Below are positions 1 through 14,787 of a DNA stretch of 58,983 bases, piece by piece. The translations under genes were made by a program, and so were the position numbers. The first letter of the stretch is position 1. Every line of letters starts with the position of its first letter. This stretch comes from Chara braunii (taxonomy: Eukaryota > Plantae > Charophyceae): the NCBI GenBank assembly GCA_003427395.1, contig BFEA01000001.1, forward strand, positions 10,214,654 through 10,273,636, read 5' to 3'. The notes beneath the pieces are model-generated. The model did not search any database, was not told where the DNA came from, and saw nothing but the letters and a program-made list of their open reading frames with translations.

Positions 1-744
1 CGGCACTTGCCGCAGGCATAAAAAAAAAAAAAAAAAAAAGCAAAAAAAAAAAAAAACATAAACATGAAATAAAATTACATGAAAAAAAAAAACCCCTCAA
101 TCGCATTCCTCGGGTCAAAAAACACATGTGACAAGACGCGCAATCGCGGCTCGGCACAGCCTTCCGACTGCACGACAGAGAAAACCAACGACGGTTCTCC
201 GTCCACGCCCGTTGCCACCGTTACGTTGCACAACTTTTTTCCTGGTGGTCAGTCTATTTTTTTGCTTTGTTTTTTTTTTTTTTGCTATTCTCGTTGTCGA
301 CACCTTTGTGTTTTTGGGCCTGTTGTCGTCCTCGTCGCCTCCGGCACACCCTGCTGCGCAGCGCGGAGGACGGAATCGCGCATCCACCACGGACCCGTTC
401 GCAAGCTATTACAGGCGGCGATGCGCACCCCATCAACGACCACCTTTCCGAGTCGCTCCGCGTCGCAACCGGACCACACCTCCCGCCACGAGCACAACTG
501 CGCCGTGTGGGAGGGGAAGAGGGGGGTTGGGCTAGAGAGGGGGGGGGGGGCGATCCCGACCATGAGGACGCTTGGTGACCCTACAAGAACGCCGTGCGCC
601 GCCGCAACCTGCGCAGTCACGACATCATACTGGTTCACTACTGCGGGCCAAAGAAAGGTGAAATGACGTCGTTTGCGCCGCCGTTGCCACGCAGTAATGA
701 ACTGCATTGTTGGGAACTTAAGAGCACAATTTTTTCAACACACA

Positions 745-836
745 CTTGTTGGAAATGTGTTGGAAACATGTTGGACCAATGTTGAACGCATGTTGAAAAC
801 ATGTTGGCCGCATGTTGGTAAACGGTTGAAAACATG
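745..836. repeat. Degenerate ~11-bp tandem repeat (ATGTTGRAAAC-like)
   Basis: About 8 units such as tgttggaaat, tgttggaaaca, tgttggacca, tgttgaacgca, tgttgaaaaca. Confidence 0.7.
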
Positions 837-1465
837 GACCCGACCCTTCTAAATGGTTGGACACATCATTTTATGGAGTTCCAATGCTGGTCCAGTTTTG
901 GGCCCAAGTTGAAAACTCGATGAAATTTTGCCACAATTTTTCTGTTGTGGCCGGTATCGCCCACCTGCTGTAGAAGGTATCGCGCGTGCTGGTGGGTGCA
1001 GCTCCTCCCTCGTTGGAGGCTTGAGCAGGGATGTGGTTGCAACACATCCCCATAATACTATAATGACAATAAAAAAAAAAGGCCTGAAAAGCATCCTAAA
1101 ATTTAAGGATCGCAGCCCGTCAGGGTTGCGTTTTCCCCATGAGACATTTCAACATCACTCAAATTTCAACATCGGTGGTCGTTCGGGAGGGTGGGCATTT
1201 TGAGGTTTTAGGGCCTTGCAAGGGCCGGGACCGCATAGGACCAGTAGCTGCCTGTACGAGGCCGAGGAGGCTGCGGTCCTTAAGCCTTTTTTGAAATTGA
1301 AATGGCGCGGGTCCACCAATCGTGAATAGCAGAGCACCTCGAATACAACGTGTACCCTTTCTATTCGGATTTCGAAAAGAAAAAACTCTTGTATTGTCTA
1401 CCATGTGTGCGAGGGGAACGCAGCCCTGAGGTAGCCAAAGCAACGAGACTCTACGAGCTCGCACA

Positions 1466-1471
<6 letters not shown>

Positions 1472-1535
<64 letters not shown>

Positions 1536-1835
1536 NNNNNNNNNNNNNNNNNNNNNNNNNNNNNNNNNNNNNNNNNNNNNNNNNNNNNNNNNNNNNNNNN
1601 NNNNNNNNNNNNNNNNNNNNNNNNNNNNNNNNNNNNNNNNNNNNNNNNNNNNNNNNNNNNNNNNNNNNNNNNNNNNNNNNNNNNNNNNNNNNNNNNNNNN
1701 NNNNNNNNNNNNNNNNNNNNNNNNNNNNNNNNNNNNNNNNNNNNNNNNNNNNNNNNNNNNNNNNNNNNNNNNNNNNNNNNNNNNNNNNNNNNNNNNNNNN
1801 NNNNNNNNNNNNNNNNNNNNNNNNNNNNNNNNNNN

Positions 1836-1902
<67 letters not shown>
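1472..1902. repeat. (GA)n and (TA)n microsatellites flanking an assembly gap
   Basis: Direct reading; N-run 1536-1835. Confidence 0.95.
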
Positions 1903-1903
<1 letters not shown>

Positions 1904-2921
1904 CTGAATAGCAAAATTGAAATATGGGTCAAATTGCGTCCGCGATTTATTTCACAGTTGGAATGATTTTTTTTAAATTTATTGAGCGTTTTTCTTGGAA
2001 AGATCACAACGAAATCTATGAATACTTCAATTTTCAGGTTTTTTCACACATTCTTCTGAGCACGAAAAATCGCTGAAATGTTGTTGGTTTCAAGCGAAGA
2101 AAGCCCCTGGTAAGGCAAAGTGTGTGAATATTGGTGTTCTTCCCACCATGGCAGAGAAGGTAATGAACTAAGATCAAGTCAGTTTACCTATCAGCATTGG
2201 TGTCCTGTGCCACGTCAGCGCCAATATCTGAAAGGTTGACATTGCATCAGTGCAGGTAGCAGTGTCAGCGCATTCGTTAGTATCAGCATTTTTTTGGTGA
2301 GGTATTCATTGGAGGGGACCAGGTGCTTAGTGCACGCGAGGTTACTTGAGGCGCTGGGTGTCACCACGTCACAGGCTGACGTGGACTGTACGCCCAAAAA
2401 GGCGACATGATAATGTGAATCCTCACTTCGAAGACGAAGATAAGATTTTTATAAATGTAGAGGGGACAAGGCGGATTATTGAAGAGGAAGACAAGAGGAG
2501 TGCGTAAATGTAGACATAAAAGGAGGTGAGACAATCAATATTGGAGTTCTCCTTTGTAACTCATACAGTTAATTCTACAATCCAGGTATCATCCTCTTAT
2601 CAGAAAGGTACAAGTCAAGATTATTAATAGCTCGTAAGTAGGCATCTCGCCTATATGAGTAGATATAAGGAGTAAGGGTAGTAAATGACATTTGTGGGAG
2701 AGAAGGAAGAATAGGAAACGAAACAAACGGGGAAAACTCATCGCATTGTCATGAAGTATCATTCCTTCCCTGTATAACTGGTGTGGAAAGTTGGCATGAC
2801 GAGGAGCTGAGGAGAAGTAAAAATAGAGATAGTTTAATTTTAATGTGGTAGTCCCTCACAACTTTTGGTGTTTCTATAATCTCTTAATCCTCTTGGATCG
2901 CAAATTACAGCTGGGTCATGA

Positions 2922-3113
2922 GACACGAGTCTGTTTTCTCACAATCTAACGTGGCAAAAAGAATGAGCAACGTCAATTGAGGGTAACAATAGCTTTCTTG
3001 GAGGAAGTAGCTCGTGGGACACGAGTCTGTTTTCTCACAATCTAATGTGGCAACAAGAATGAGCAACGCCAATTCAGGGTAAGGGTAACTTTTGTGGAGG
3101 AAGTAGCTCGTGG
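2922..3113. repeat. ~96-bp tandem duplication (2 copies)
   Basis: gacacgagtctgttttctcacaatctaa...ggaggaagtagctcgtgg occurs twice, back to back. Confidence 0.9.
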
Positions 3114-3954
3114 TTGACAAAGTAGAGTGTGTTTTGTCTTGTTGTTGAGGTGGCATTTGGCCACAGGTGATTTTTTCAGGATATCCGGGAACTAGAGTGG
3201 TACTAAGGAGATAGGTTTCCAAACTGTTAGGGGTGAAGGAGGGTGAGATATGAAGAGGGCATGGGGATTATAAAGAGGCAATTCAACCAAATGGGAGAAA
3301 ACGAGCAGATGGCATAATCCATAGAGGTCACTGGAAGATAGAAAGGCGATTTTAAAAAGAGGGCAAGGAGTGGAAAGTCGAAGTGGTAATATGTGAGGAA
3401 GAAGGGAAAAAGTTTTCAGTGTCGGGTGACACGAGATGGCAAACAACCACCGGGTGAGTTCACACGCTTCTACATGGGAGAGAAACAGGATTCCGATCCA
3501 ACCAGGCAAAGAACAACAAGGAGAAAGAGAACTTGTCATGTGACATCTCCCCAGTATCCATTCCCTTCCTCCTTGACTCGTTCCCTCTCACCTCCCCCAC
3601 CTTCCTCAAAAGGATGCCCCGCTCATTGTTACAAAAGAGCCATTGCAAAAAAAAAAAAAAAAAAAAAAAAATAGAGACAGGAAAACAGAAAAGAGAAAGG
3701 AATAAAATCATAAATTAACAACAATATTAACCACCATCAAGATGATGAAACTGGGTTACAGGAAAATAAGAGGGGGGGAATCACTCTCGTTCTACCAAGG
3801 GGCTATGAGGCACATGATGTTCAAACAGCTAGGGACCAGCCCATATGCCCGGCCACCTGGGTACAAAGCCCTGCTCCCAGATGCCGTCGGGGGAAGAGCA
3901 AGAGGGGTGGCAATGTAGCCTGAACAGGCAAACAACAACACAAAAAGAATAACA

Positions 3955-6900
3955 ATGCATGCGCTATCTCAAGCGGGGGAGGCAGGGGGGATGGGCAACA
4001 AGTTGTGCAGGGGGGTAGACATGGAGACAAAATTCCCTCCCTTGGGCCCAGCGAGTCAACAACATACGCAAACACAACAGTTTGTCCCCTCTATGACCAT
4101 GAGAGTTTTAGGGGAAAGTGGCCACAGGGTAGCCCAGGAACAAGGGGTAGCACAACCATCACAATACCTGATCATGGAAGAGAGAGAAAACGAGATCATG
4201 ACAGAAGATAAAAAAACAACAGAGATCAAAGGAGTAAACAAGAATGAAAATCATCCTTCCCAATTGACACAACCACCTGAACAACCCTCATGGGCAAAGA
4301 AGATCAGAGACAATTTGCAGGAAAAATCTTTAACAATAATGCGTCCGTCAGTGAATGATTTAGATTTACCAGTTGAAGAGGGTAAAGTCCCATTAAGGAA
4401 TCTATCATCTGGATGAGCCTATTTTCTCACCTTATTCCTCTTACCCTCATAACAGAAAATGGTTGAACACGGGGAAAGGAAAATATTGATGAAACCGTAT
4501 CCGGTAGACAAGCTGGCACAACGAGATATAGTCTACACGAAGCATGCCAGCAACTGGATTTTTTACGAGGATGGGGCACATCGATCAGTAAATGATAAGA
4601 TAAGGTGGATCTGCAAAAGGCCTGAAACAATGAAAGATGGGCCAAAGGCAGTTAAGAAAATTTTCTGATCCAACCCCTCACGACCACTGTCTTTACGGTG
4701 CTCAGTCTTTTTGAACAGGATAAGATCAAGATGGATGGATGGAAGAAACTAAGATGGGAAGGATCAGACGTACGAATCTACTTATGGCAACCAAAGAAGA
4801 TAGGACCAAAAAAGAGAAGAGAATTATTGGGTGGAACTCAGACACATTCCCATCGAAATTCAGACAGCTTCCATCCATGACTTTGGTCAGCAGTACAGAA
4901 GAGTGAACTTCATTGATCCACTTCCTACTTATGTGGCCAAGAGAGATGACTATCTAACGCTAGCCCTTGACCTAGCCAAAGATGAACCTTTTCTGCTAGA
5001 CGACATCATTCCTTTCAAAATGGGAAGTCGTCTTTATCAGATTCATACAGCTCACAAGTTTAGACCATGGTGCTATAAATGCAAAGCTTATGGACATCTC
5101 ACTATAAAGTTTGCATGTCCACAACATCCACAACGTGTGTTAGGATCCGAAGGACTGTTGAAAAAAAATGCCCATCGCCCCAACAGATGACTGCCGTCTT
5201 TACCAGGCTATGAGGGATGGGTATATGTGGATGAGTTGTCATCAGGAGGTCAACAAGGTGGTTGGTGCTGGGAAGGAAGGGGTGACCCTAGACGCTCGCA
5301 AAGACCGCCAGCGGAATGAAAACCTCCAGAACAACCTCATGGACGTAACCACCGGATCACACAGCCTCCCAAAAACAAAGTCACAACTTCCTCAGGTGGA
5401 CAAGGAGGAGGAGGAGAAGGAGGGGATGAAGGAGGAGGAGGAGAAGGAGGAGGGGGGGACACCAATGCAAAAGGCAAAGAACAAAAGACAAATGAGCCTG
5501 CCAAATTAAAACAGATGGGAGGTCATAGAGGACTTCAAGCTGACTCCTACCTACCCACGACCAACAGATTCAGTCCTCTAGAAAAGGTGACAGAACCACG
5601 AGGACAAGCGGAGTCAGTCTTAAATGGCATAGGTATTGCGGGCACGAAGCAATCAAAAAATCACCACACAACAAAGAAAGATGTCAGAATAAAAAAGAGT
5701 GCGGAAAAAGAAAGACATGAATCTCGGAAAATTTCTAGTACTGATCCAGATCCAATTCCAATGGATGTGGACCCATTGAGAGAGGCCTTTGGAGCACAAC
5801 CCATGGAAATAGACCCCATCCCAGGAGCTCTCCCGATGCCATAGATGCCCAACAGTACCTCACCCCAAGAACATTCAAGAAATAGGTGCTCAGATCTACA
5901 GAATGTGGCGGAGTGGCTGCTTGAAAATCTCAAGCTGAAATTCTCATGTTTTTCGGAAGAAATCTGGGATGATACCTACAGAGGTCTGGTTCCTCTTTTG
6001 GAAACCAGCGGTAGCTTGAGAATAACATTGGAACGAGGCGGGAATCAGTTGGCAACAGATGTTCCATAGCCCACTGACATTTCAGCAACCCCAATAGGAG
6101 AATCTTCACAGCAATCAACACTACTAATGGATCCTGAAATGGAATCAAACTTCATGACAAAGGAAGTAAAAAAAAAAGGTTAATGAGCAGAAACAGGAAA
6201 CCATAAGCAATGGAAATGACACGCAAATGTCCAAGAATCTAACTACCGTGTATTTACAAGAAAAGGCAGAAGAGGCAGTGCTTAGTGGACGGGGGGTGTA
6301 GCCCCTTCCCTGCTCAACAACAGACTTCGAGTTGAAATCAATGCACGGTAACTCGGTCATCCCACTCCAGGTACCTACGAAGCTGAAGTCATTAATGTCA
6401 TTCACATCAGACTTACCGAAACCGATCACAAGGAATCATAATCAATATGGGTAGATAGACGTAGAGGAAGGAACCGAAAATACAGGGTCGGTGGGGTCTG
6501 AGGAAATTCAATGAGCTTTACTATCATCTCCATCTGGAAATCAGCTAGAGGTTCAAACAGTCAAGCACCAAGTATACGGAAGGGAACAGGGCATTGAGGA
6601 TAAGGGAGGTACGCTAGTTAATAACACAGAACAACAAGTATCCTTTCTAGCAAAAGGAGACATAAATGGTCACAACGAACACAATGTCCCAGAACCTCCT
6701 TCCTCTAACTTCAAGGAGGTAGTTTCCAAGGTCACAGGTGAGAAGAAATTCCTCCTATTCCCTACGCCCAATATGAAAAAACCGGAAACCCACCCTAGCG
6801 CACATCTAATAGAATGGGATCTGGCTAAGGAAGAGGAGGAGGAAAAATGTAAGGGGGAGAGAGGTGATGAAGGAGAGAAGGAAGCAGAAACAGACCCTCA

Positions 6901-7750
6901 AGGGAGCATTATAGTTGCATACAATGCAGAAAACTGTATAGCGTCAAAATTACTACAAAAGGAAATTATGTCAGAGCCTCAATCTCAGTCCAAGAAGGGA
7001 ACGGAATCAAAGGGAGAAGAAGAGTCAGAAGGATTGGTCGAAATAGAAGACCTACAGGAGTCCGTTGGAAAAAAAATTAAAAAAAATTAAGACCACCACA
7101 CTATGACTCCCCTGAAGGAGAATTGGTCAACAAGAGGCAAAAACTACACCACCTCTTAGCTAAGGGACATGCAGAACTATTATTAACAAAGCCAGGACTT
7201 GTAGTCCTACCGCCGCTACCGGTAAGATAAAAGGAAGATGAATGGGAAGTCGGCCTATCTGAGCCCTAAGGGGCTCTTCATGGAGAGGTCACAATACACG
7301 GAATGTCACCAGGCATTATCTCAACGGTAATGGGAAGAATAACAGGAGAAACTCCCTTCAAAGCTCAAATACTAAGCTTTATCAAGACTCAGTTCCACTA
7401 GGAGGTTAATCCATAGTAATTGTAACAGAGGAACATCACGGGTTGACAGTCGGAGATGTATTCCTCAAGTATCTCAATCTCGATCGGTCAACCTGTGATG
7501 GTTCAACAAGCACACGCTAGGAGAACTGCAACCATTGAAGGTCAAAGCCAGTGATTTTAGAACCGAAGTTGATGTTACTGTATTGCTCTCCAGACTAATA
7601 ATCAATGGGGTGTTAGAGCAAGGGGGGGTCTTGGATGGAGCACTATGGATGAATATATAAAGTGTTAACAAGTGAGTGTCGTTAGACAGAAGATAAAATA
7701 AGTGATGAAGGTGATTAATGTTCTGGATGCACTGTACAATAAGGACAAAG
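3955..7750 (+). pseudogene. LINE-A ORF1 (zinc knuckle, long acidic/low-complexity C-terminal part), fragmented
   Basis: PSWAKKI; ELRHIPIEIQ...RPWCYKCKAYGHLTIKFAC; homologous to LINE-B ORF1; many stops and frameshifts. Confidence 0.75.
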
Positions 7751-7751
7751 A

Positions 7752-10700
7752 ATGAAAGTTACAAAAAAGAACAACAAACTAAGACCTCCGATCACTTAAT
7801 GTAAATGGCCTAGCCTCGGCTAAAGAATCTAAACGCCAGACGATCTTTGACCAACTGAAAGGGGTAGAGGGTAAGGATTGGCCGGATGCTATCTGTATAC
7901 AGGAAACTCACCTATTGGATAATGCAGATCATCATCATGTTCACAAGCAAATATGGCCTCATCGAGCCTTTAGGGCATATGCCCCCAGACCAGGCAGTGC
8001 AGGGGTAGTGATTTGGCTCCCGCCCGATTCGAGGATTGACCCCTTATATTGAGGAATGGATAAAGAAAGTGGTAGGTGGGTTTACGTATTAACTATGTTA
8101 GAGATAAAGGTAATAATCATTATATGTGTGTATGCGCCAACGAAGTGGGGGAGAGGAGATAATTTTTCAAAGGCTTGAAGGGACACCTCCCAGTAGGGAT
8201 TCCAGTCATCATAGCAGGGGATTTCAATGCAGCACTTAATCGACATCTTGATCGCTGACACATCCCCTCCCCATGCCGCTCATACATAGAGACTGATGAA
8301 CTTATAATTGATGAATTATGTCATTCTCTCAATCTCTTTGATGCATATAAACGCTCTCACCCAGTGAAACGCACCTACACATATTTTAGAAAAAACAAAC
8401 ATTGAAGGCTTCAAAGTCGCGCATTGATATAATATTACTGTCAGAGGAATTACAGGGGCACTACAAGTAGCAGAGATCTTCCCTCGTAGTGCCCTCCCAA
8501 GACTGGATCATGCAATGTGTGTCGCAATTCTGTCCTTCAGAAAAAAAACCTGACCAGGGCAGGGGATTTTACAAATTGAACATATCATTACTAAGTATAG
8601 AACGTTTCAAGGTATATCTACATAATATCTGAGATTTATGGAGATAACAAAAGCACGACATCAATGATGTTATACGTTGGTTTAACAACGGTCTATTATT
8701 CTTAGGTCGTAAATACAATTATGAATATTCAAAAATGTTGGCGGCACAACGTCATCTAGAAGAGACAAATCTATAAAATCAACTTCTGCAACTTCACCAA
8801 CAAGAAGAAGAGTTAGAGGACGACTCCCAATTATTAACCCTCATTGAACAAATCAACAATTTGGAAGACAAACTACTTACTTTTATGGAACACAGATGAC
8901 AAGGAATCCGCATTAGATTGAAGTTATCTAAATACAATATTGAAGGAATTATGGATGTAAGATTTTTTGTCAAAGTTAAAGTAAGATCTGATAGATCAAT
9001 CATTGAAGCATTCAAGGATCCACAAAACGAACACCACCCCTTAGTAACCTCAACGACAACATGCACCTATATAGCAAGAAAATATTACAAAAAAAAAATC
9101 ACTGCTGAATGTAAAAGCCTTCCCAAAACTCAGAGGATGATAAAAATAGAAGAACTTATCCAACTCTTAAATAAATCGTTATATGATCTGCAAAGAAGCG
9201 AACTAAAGAAACCTCTCATGAAGGAAGAGATCTGAACATCGCTTATGCTGGTGGAAGAGGAAAAAACACCGGGTATTGATGGTCTTCCCAAAGAATTTTA
9301 GGAAACAATATGGACTCATATCTTACAAGATCTGATGAAGTTTTACAATGTTATTTGGGATTCAAGGAATATGGGAGAAATAATGAGTCAGGGGATCCTA
9401 ACAGTATTATATAAAAAAGGGGACAAAATGAATATTCGTAATTATAGACCAATCACCCTTCTCATCGTCATCTACAAATTAGTAGCAAAAACATTCGCTA
9501 ATCGATTAATGAAAGTGATTACTGAAATTATTCACCCAACTTAAACAGGATTTATTTCAGGAAGGAACATACAAGACAATAATCTTTTGATTAATAAACT
9601 GGTGAAACAACCAAGACGATCAAAGAACAATACAACGTTCATCTTCATAGACTTCGAAAAAACATATGACCATGTGGACTGAATATTATAGACAAGTGTA
9701 TGGAAAAATCCAACTTTGATCCTTGTTTTAGAAGATGGGTGAAGATCCTACATATAAACGTCACAACAAAAGTTATGATTAATGGTAACTTAGCCCCTCC
9801 CGTTCAGCTCGAGCGATTAGTGAGACAAGGTGACCCGATAACTCCTTACCTCTTTGTAATAGTGATGGAGGCCTTAGCGGTTAATTTAATACAAAATAGA
9901 GACATTAAACGTATTAAAGTCACTTCTATCTCAGAGGAGGTCATCCCCATATGTTCCCTGTTTGTCGATGACCTGTCCTTAATGATAGATGCCTCAGAGA
10001 AAAATATGAGAGCAATCAAATTATTGATGGATAAATTTTGTGCCCTATCTGACATGTGGATCAACTAGGGACTAAGACGCAAGGATGGTGAATTCATCAT
10101 TAGGGGGTGAGACCACCAGAGCAACCTCATATCAATTGGCCTCCCCCCTCATCGACGATTAGAGTGTTAGGATTCTCCCTGTCAAGAGAAGGAAAACCAA
10201 CAACAAATAATGAATGGATCTCACAACCCGTTCTGACAAAATTGGAAGTATGGAAAGATAAACCGAGGTCTCTGATAGGAAGATCACTAATTATTAACAA
10301 TGTCATACTAGCTGCTCTTTGGTACAAATTTGTCATATGGTCACTATACAGAACTGCCCTCCAAGCCTTACAAAAGCAAGTGACAACCTATCTTTGGAGA
10401 GGAAATCATAAATACAAAAATGTGATCAGTAGGGTAGCCTGACGTGCGGTGATCCAGCCTAAATCAAAGGGTGGCTTGGGTATTTTGGACCCAAACACAC
10501 AAGCACTAACACTATCTATCCAATGGATTAAGAGGTTGCTCTTTAACGTACAAACGTCGTGGCAGACGCTCGCATGAGAATAGATTTCAAGCATGACGCC
10601 ATAAGTCTCGGATGATACAGACCCGATGATATGGTTAGAGAATCTACACTGGACTATCCCAAGGAGTTACACACAGGATGCTAACAATGAGTCAACTTCA

Positions 10701-12167
10701 AACAAGAGGGCAACTAGGTCAGATATCAAAAAGGATCCTTTCTGACCTAACCTCCTTAAAACATGGCGAAAGCTCCTACTCCCTGATAAATGTCCTCCAA
10801 ACAGATGGGAAGAAGTATGTCAACAACCTTTATTCAATAACATATGGATCAAGGATTCTCAAGGGCGTACTCTACACTGTTTGGACTCACCATGGAGAGG
10901 ATGGGTGAAAAGAGGGATCCTCAGGATTGAAGATATTTGGTGTAAGGAATCTAATGACTGACTTGAAATAGATCAAATCCAGCCTATCCTCTGCTATTGT
11001 AGACACACGAAAGAAGCCATGGACACTTTAATTGACCTAATCCCTCTAGACTGCATCAAAATTCTTAAAAAAAGACGAAATCTAAAGGAGGGGGACTGGG
11101 TTGGACTCCAGGGCACTACTCAACAGGTAGGCAATGTGGTGGTGGTTAGGGAAGAAGGGGATATTCTTCTCTCTCTTTTCTCTTTGGGTCATAACAATAT
11201 TTTATATACCCCACAACCATAGGAGACTAAGTAGTACCAGAAAGATCAATTATTCATAATAAGAGTCCTGAAGGATAAAGAGCAATGATTGGCTTTTAAA
11301 CCACCCCTCTCAATAGACAAACTGGCTTTGGACCCGGCTACGTGGACATGGACCGGGCATAGGAGGAAAGGGCAAACACGACCGTGCTACCTTCATTCCT
11401 TAACAATTAAATCCACGTATAGGTTATTGAGACCTATTGTCAACCTCAAAGATAGAGTGGAATCCCGGTGGATGAAGCAACTCAATGTAAGCAAGCAGTC
11501 TCTGCATGACATCAAGTGGTTTAAGAATATCAAAGTCAAACCAGCTAAGATAGCATCCTTTCAATGGCAGATAGATCATCGATGCTTACCAACAAATGAC
11601 TGACTAATTGATGGGACCTCCCTGTAAAAAGAAGGTTTGGCTCTACCATGGTGTGGACTTTGCTCTTCTGCATTTCCCTCCCAACTCATCCCGACAACCA
11701 TAGAACACATTTTCTTACAATGTCCAGGTGCAGTTTGGTTGTGGATATGGTGAGACAGGATTTGGAGTAAACTCCCCATCACCCAACCCTGGTTGTGGGA
11801 ATGGAAAACCTTCCTTTGCGAAACATGGAATCCTCCCCAGAGCGACGAGTTCAGGATTAATCGTTATAAAGCAGGAAGAAGGGCAATCCAATGGGCCCTT
11901 TGGAACCGCCGTTGCACATATGACATGGAAAAGGTGAGGATTGATGGACCAAAATTTACGGACTCGATAAAGCAGCAAATTCAAACTGAAATCGCTGCTC
12001 ACTGGGACAAAGTAAAAGAGAAGATCAAGCATCTACTAACCAAAGCAGAAATTCAAAATCATATTCAACAATTTTGTGGCAACTGGCTCGGGGGCACCCA
12101 AGGGATGAATCTGGGAAAAGTCATATGGAGGGGGGCACACAAAGAGGATATGTCGGCAGAAGGATAA
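7752..12167 (+). pseudogene. LINE-A ORF2: AP endonuclease, reverse transcriptase and C-terminal zinc finger
   Basis: LRSLNVNGL, IQETH, VYAP, AGDFN, RID, LDH (APE); PGIDGLP, NYRPITLL, IDFEKTYD, VRQGDP, LFVDD (RT); WCGLC...TIEHIFLQC (zf-RVT); stops and frameshifts. Confidence 0.93.
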
Positions 12168-12851
12168 AAAAGATTTTCAAGAGACTATCGTTTGACTATC
12201 AAGATTGGACAATGGTTGACCCAGCCATCTCCCTCAGGCCCCTCTCAGATTTCCCCGACCCTTTTCCACCTTCATCATTGAGTTTAGTTCCCATGAGTTG
12301 GTTCGGTGTGAAATGATTAAGTTCAGTCTTCTGGGTTCTGGGTTATTTGGAAAGGTTCTGCAACGTTCTCAGTTTCCCCGAAAAAGGGTGGCATCTCCTT
12401 GGTCAAGGATGCAAGACATATGTACGAGGGCTGATTGATCATAGCCGGCGCCTATTATTGGATGAAGAGGTAGGTCTTGCAGAATGGAATATTAAAAGAA
12501 GGGTCAGTGAAAGAGAACCTGGAAAGGGTGAATGAGGCAGGGATCTTGCAAATGGGCTGCAGCAATAAGCCAGGGCTGTCTTGGAGGATCAGGCGCCCTA
12601 TTGTTGGGTGAAGAGGTAGTTCTGCTAGTCCCCTTTTCTTCACCTGCTCAGTGAACCCCCCAATTTCTCTTGGGGCAGTCAATGCTGGCAGGAATATCTA
12701 CAAAACTCACTTTTTGCTTTAAGGTTTATTGTACTCAAGGGGACGTTGGACCCGCTTTCCGGCAGGTGTAGCTCCCCACCAATAGAATGGAGCAATCAGA
12801 ACCGTTACTAGGGGGGGCTGCTCATATCACCTCCTCTAGTACTTTGGTTCA

Positions 12852-12891
<40 letters not shown>

Positions 12892-13478
12892 NAAAAAAAA
12901 AAAAAAAAAAAAAATACACTGACTCCAGCTCAGCAGCAATGGCAGAGACATACTCAGAGTTGGCAACAATCTGCTTGTTTGGAGAGTAATAGACAGGTAT
13001 AGGCGGCAACAAGATGGGAAAGGCCAAAAAGAAGTGACAGCAAGTCAGGGGTTGCAGGAAGATAGAAATCATCTGACTCACAGGAAAGAACCCCACAGTC
13101 ACACAGTTTCACACGACATGTATACTCGCACACCATTGCACCGCGTCCCAAAGGGTGGGGGTACATGACTGGGAGGTGTGGTTGCCTGCACGAACAGGGG
13201 TCCAATATTGCATGATGTCACCACATTCTGAGTTTCTTGCTGGTTGAAAGGGGAGAAGCAAAGCACAACCTAGAATCTGTCCCCGATTTCTCCTAGCAGT
13301 ACACATGAAACTGGGGGATAACGCCATTTTTTATGCTTTCATCTAGGCAATCATCTTAGGCTGCACTATGGTTCTATCCGTCAAACTCTCATCTGGGCAG
13401 GCACGCACTGCAGCATGCTGCCGTTTAGATCATTTAAGTCCTGAGTCCGTTCAGTCAAGCAAACAATTACAATGTACA

Positions 13479-13525
13479 GGGATGCTCAACCGGCTTTCCA
13501 GCAGGTGCTGCTCCCCACCAATAGA
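13479..13525 (+). mobile_element. Isolated LINE 3'-tail motif (type A), probably from a short 5'-truncated insertion
   Basis: GGGATGCTCAACCGGCTTTCCAGCAGGTGCTGCTCCCCACCAATAGA matches the LINE-A tail at 12740-12786; A-rich run follows at ~13607-13640. Confidence 0.65.
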
Positions 13526-14787
13526 TGAAGCCTCCCCGTGAGTGCTAGCGGCGCCTGCCCCTATCAGCACCCCTAGCATCAGCCCGGGTTGTTCTCTCTC
13601 TCTCTCAAAAACAAAAACAAAAAACAGAAGAAGAAGAAGACCTCTAAGACCATTGTATTTGAGTTCACATTATTATTTGCTCAAACTCAAGAATTGGGGG
13701 TCAGAGCAAATGCGGTTGCCATGTGATGCTAGTTGGCGGTTCTGGGGCCGGTGGAGGCATGCTAAGAGCCCGCTGACCCACCTGGCAGTTGGATGAACGA
13801 ATGATGTGTCTTGTTTGGAAGAGCAGTGCGCCTGACAGCAGACTTGGTGCAGACATGCTATGCTGAGAAATTCGACAGAGCATCCATATTATGGGGAGAA
13901 CCGTATAAACTTCTCTCACATGAAACTAAGGAACGGGGCTAGGAAACCCCATAACATCCCGAAATTACTGGGGCCACTACCCAGATAAGGCCCCTGGAAA
14001 CCGGGTCCAGTGTCCCTTTGAACTGAAACAAAAGCTCTCCAAATATAAAAAAAGGTACCGCCCAGGCACTTGACAATATTGGACCAACCTTCTCCATGCT
14101 GTTAGATAGAATGCCAGAGTTTGAACCCATACACCCCCGGTCCCATTCTACGACAACCATCCAGCACCGATCCTAGCATCTCGAATAGCCCCGCCTCCCC
14201 CCAACCCACCCTCCCCCTTCCCCAACTCATACTCCCCTGCTCCCTATCTGCAACAACCATCCAACACCGATTCCAGGGGTCACTCCTACGGATCCCGAGT
14301 AGCCCCGCCTCCCCCCNNNNNNNNNNNNNNNNNNNNNNNNNNNNNNNNNNNNNNNNNNNNNNNNNNNNNNNNNNNNNNNNNNNNNNNNNNNNNNNNNNNN
14401 NNNNNNNNNNNNNNNNNNNNNNNNNNNNNNNNNNNNNNNNNNNNNNNNNNNNNNNNNNNNNNNNNNNNNNNCCCTCCCCGCCCCTCCTGCCTCATACCCA
14501 GCCTTCCCACCTCTCCCTTTCCCCGACCCCTTTCCACCTCGCCCTCTTCTCCTGCCCCCCCGCTCCCAATCCAAGGTGATCATTCCTGAGTAAGAACCCC
14601 CGATCCCGGGAGCGAATTTGCGATAGTAGAACAGGCGCACGTGTTGAAATCTGATACACCCTCACACAGAAGTGCAAAATGGCAAGTCTGAAAAACGAGG
14701 CAAGAAGAAGAAAAGGAAGAGGATGGCCACATACAATTTGGTATCAGGGAGCCATGGGTCACTATTTGACAGATTGGCGGCCCTGGC

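Larger units (their letters stand above)
3672..12913 (+). mobile_element. L1/Tx1-clade LINE retrotransposon (LINE-A), near full length, decayed; 5' boundary approximate
   Basis: ORF1 with zinc knuckle, ORF2 with APE-RT-zf domains, ~0.7 kb 3' UTR, poly(A) 12856-12913. Confidence 0.92.

Noticed and set aside
370-480. Weak resemblance (TGGDAHPINDHLSESL vs TMGDALILRDALAERM) to the Harbinger transposase C-terminus
   Set aside because: Too short and divergent; no DDE motifs nearby.
2168-2179. CTAAGATCAAGT, identical to a U2 snRNA segment
   Set aside because: Only 12 nt and the flanks do not extend; expected by chance in a window this size.
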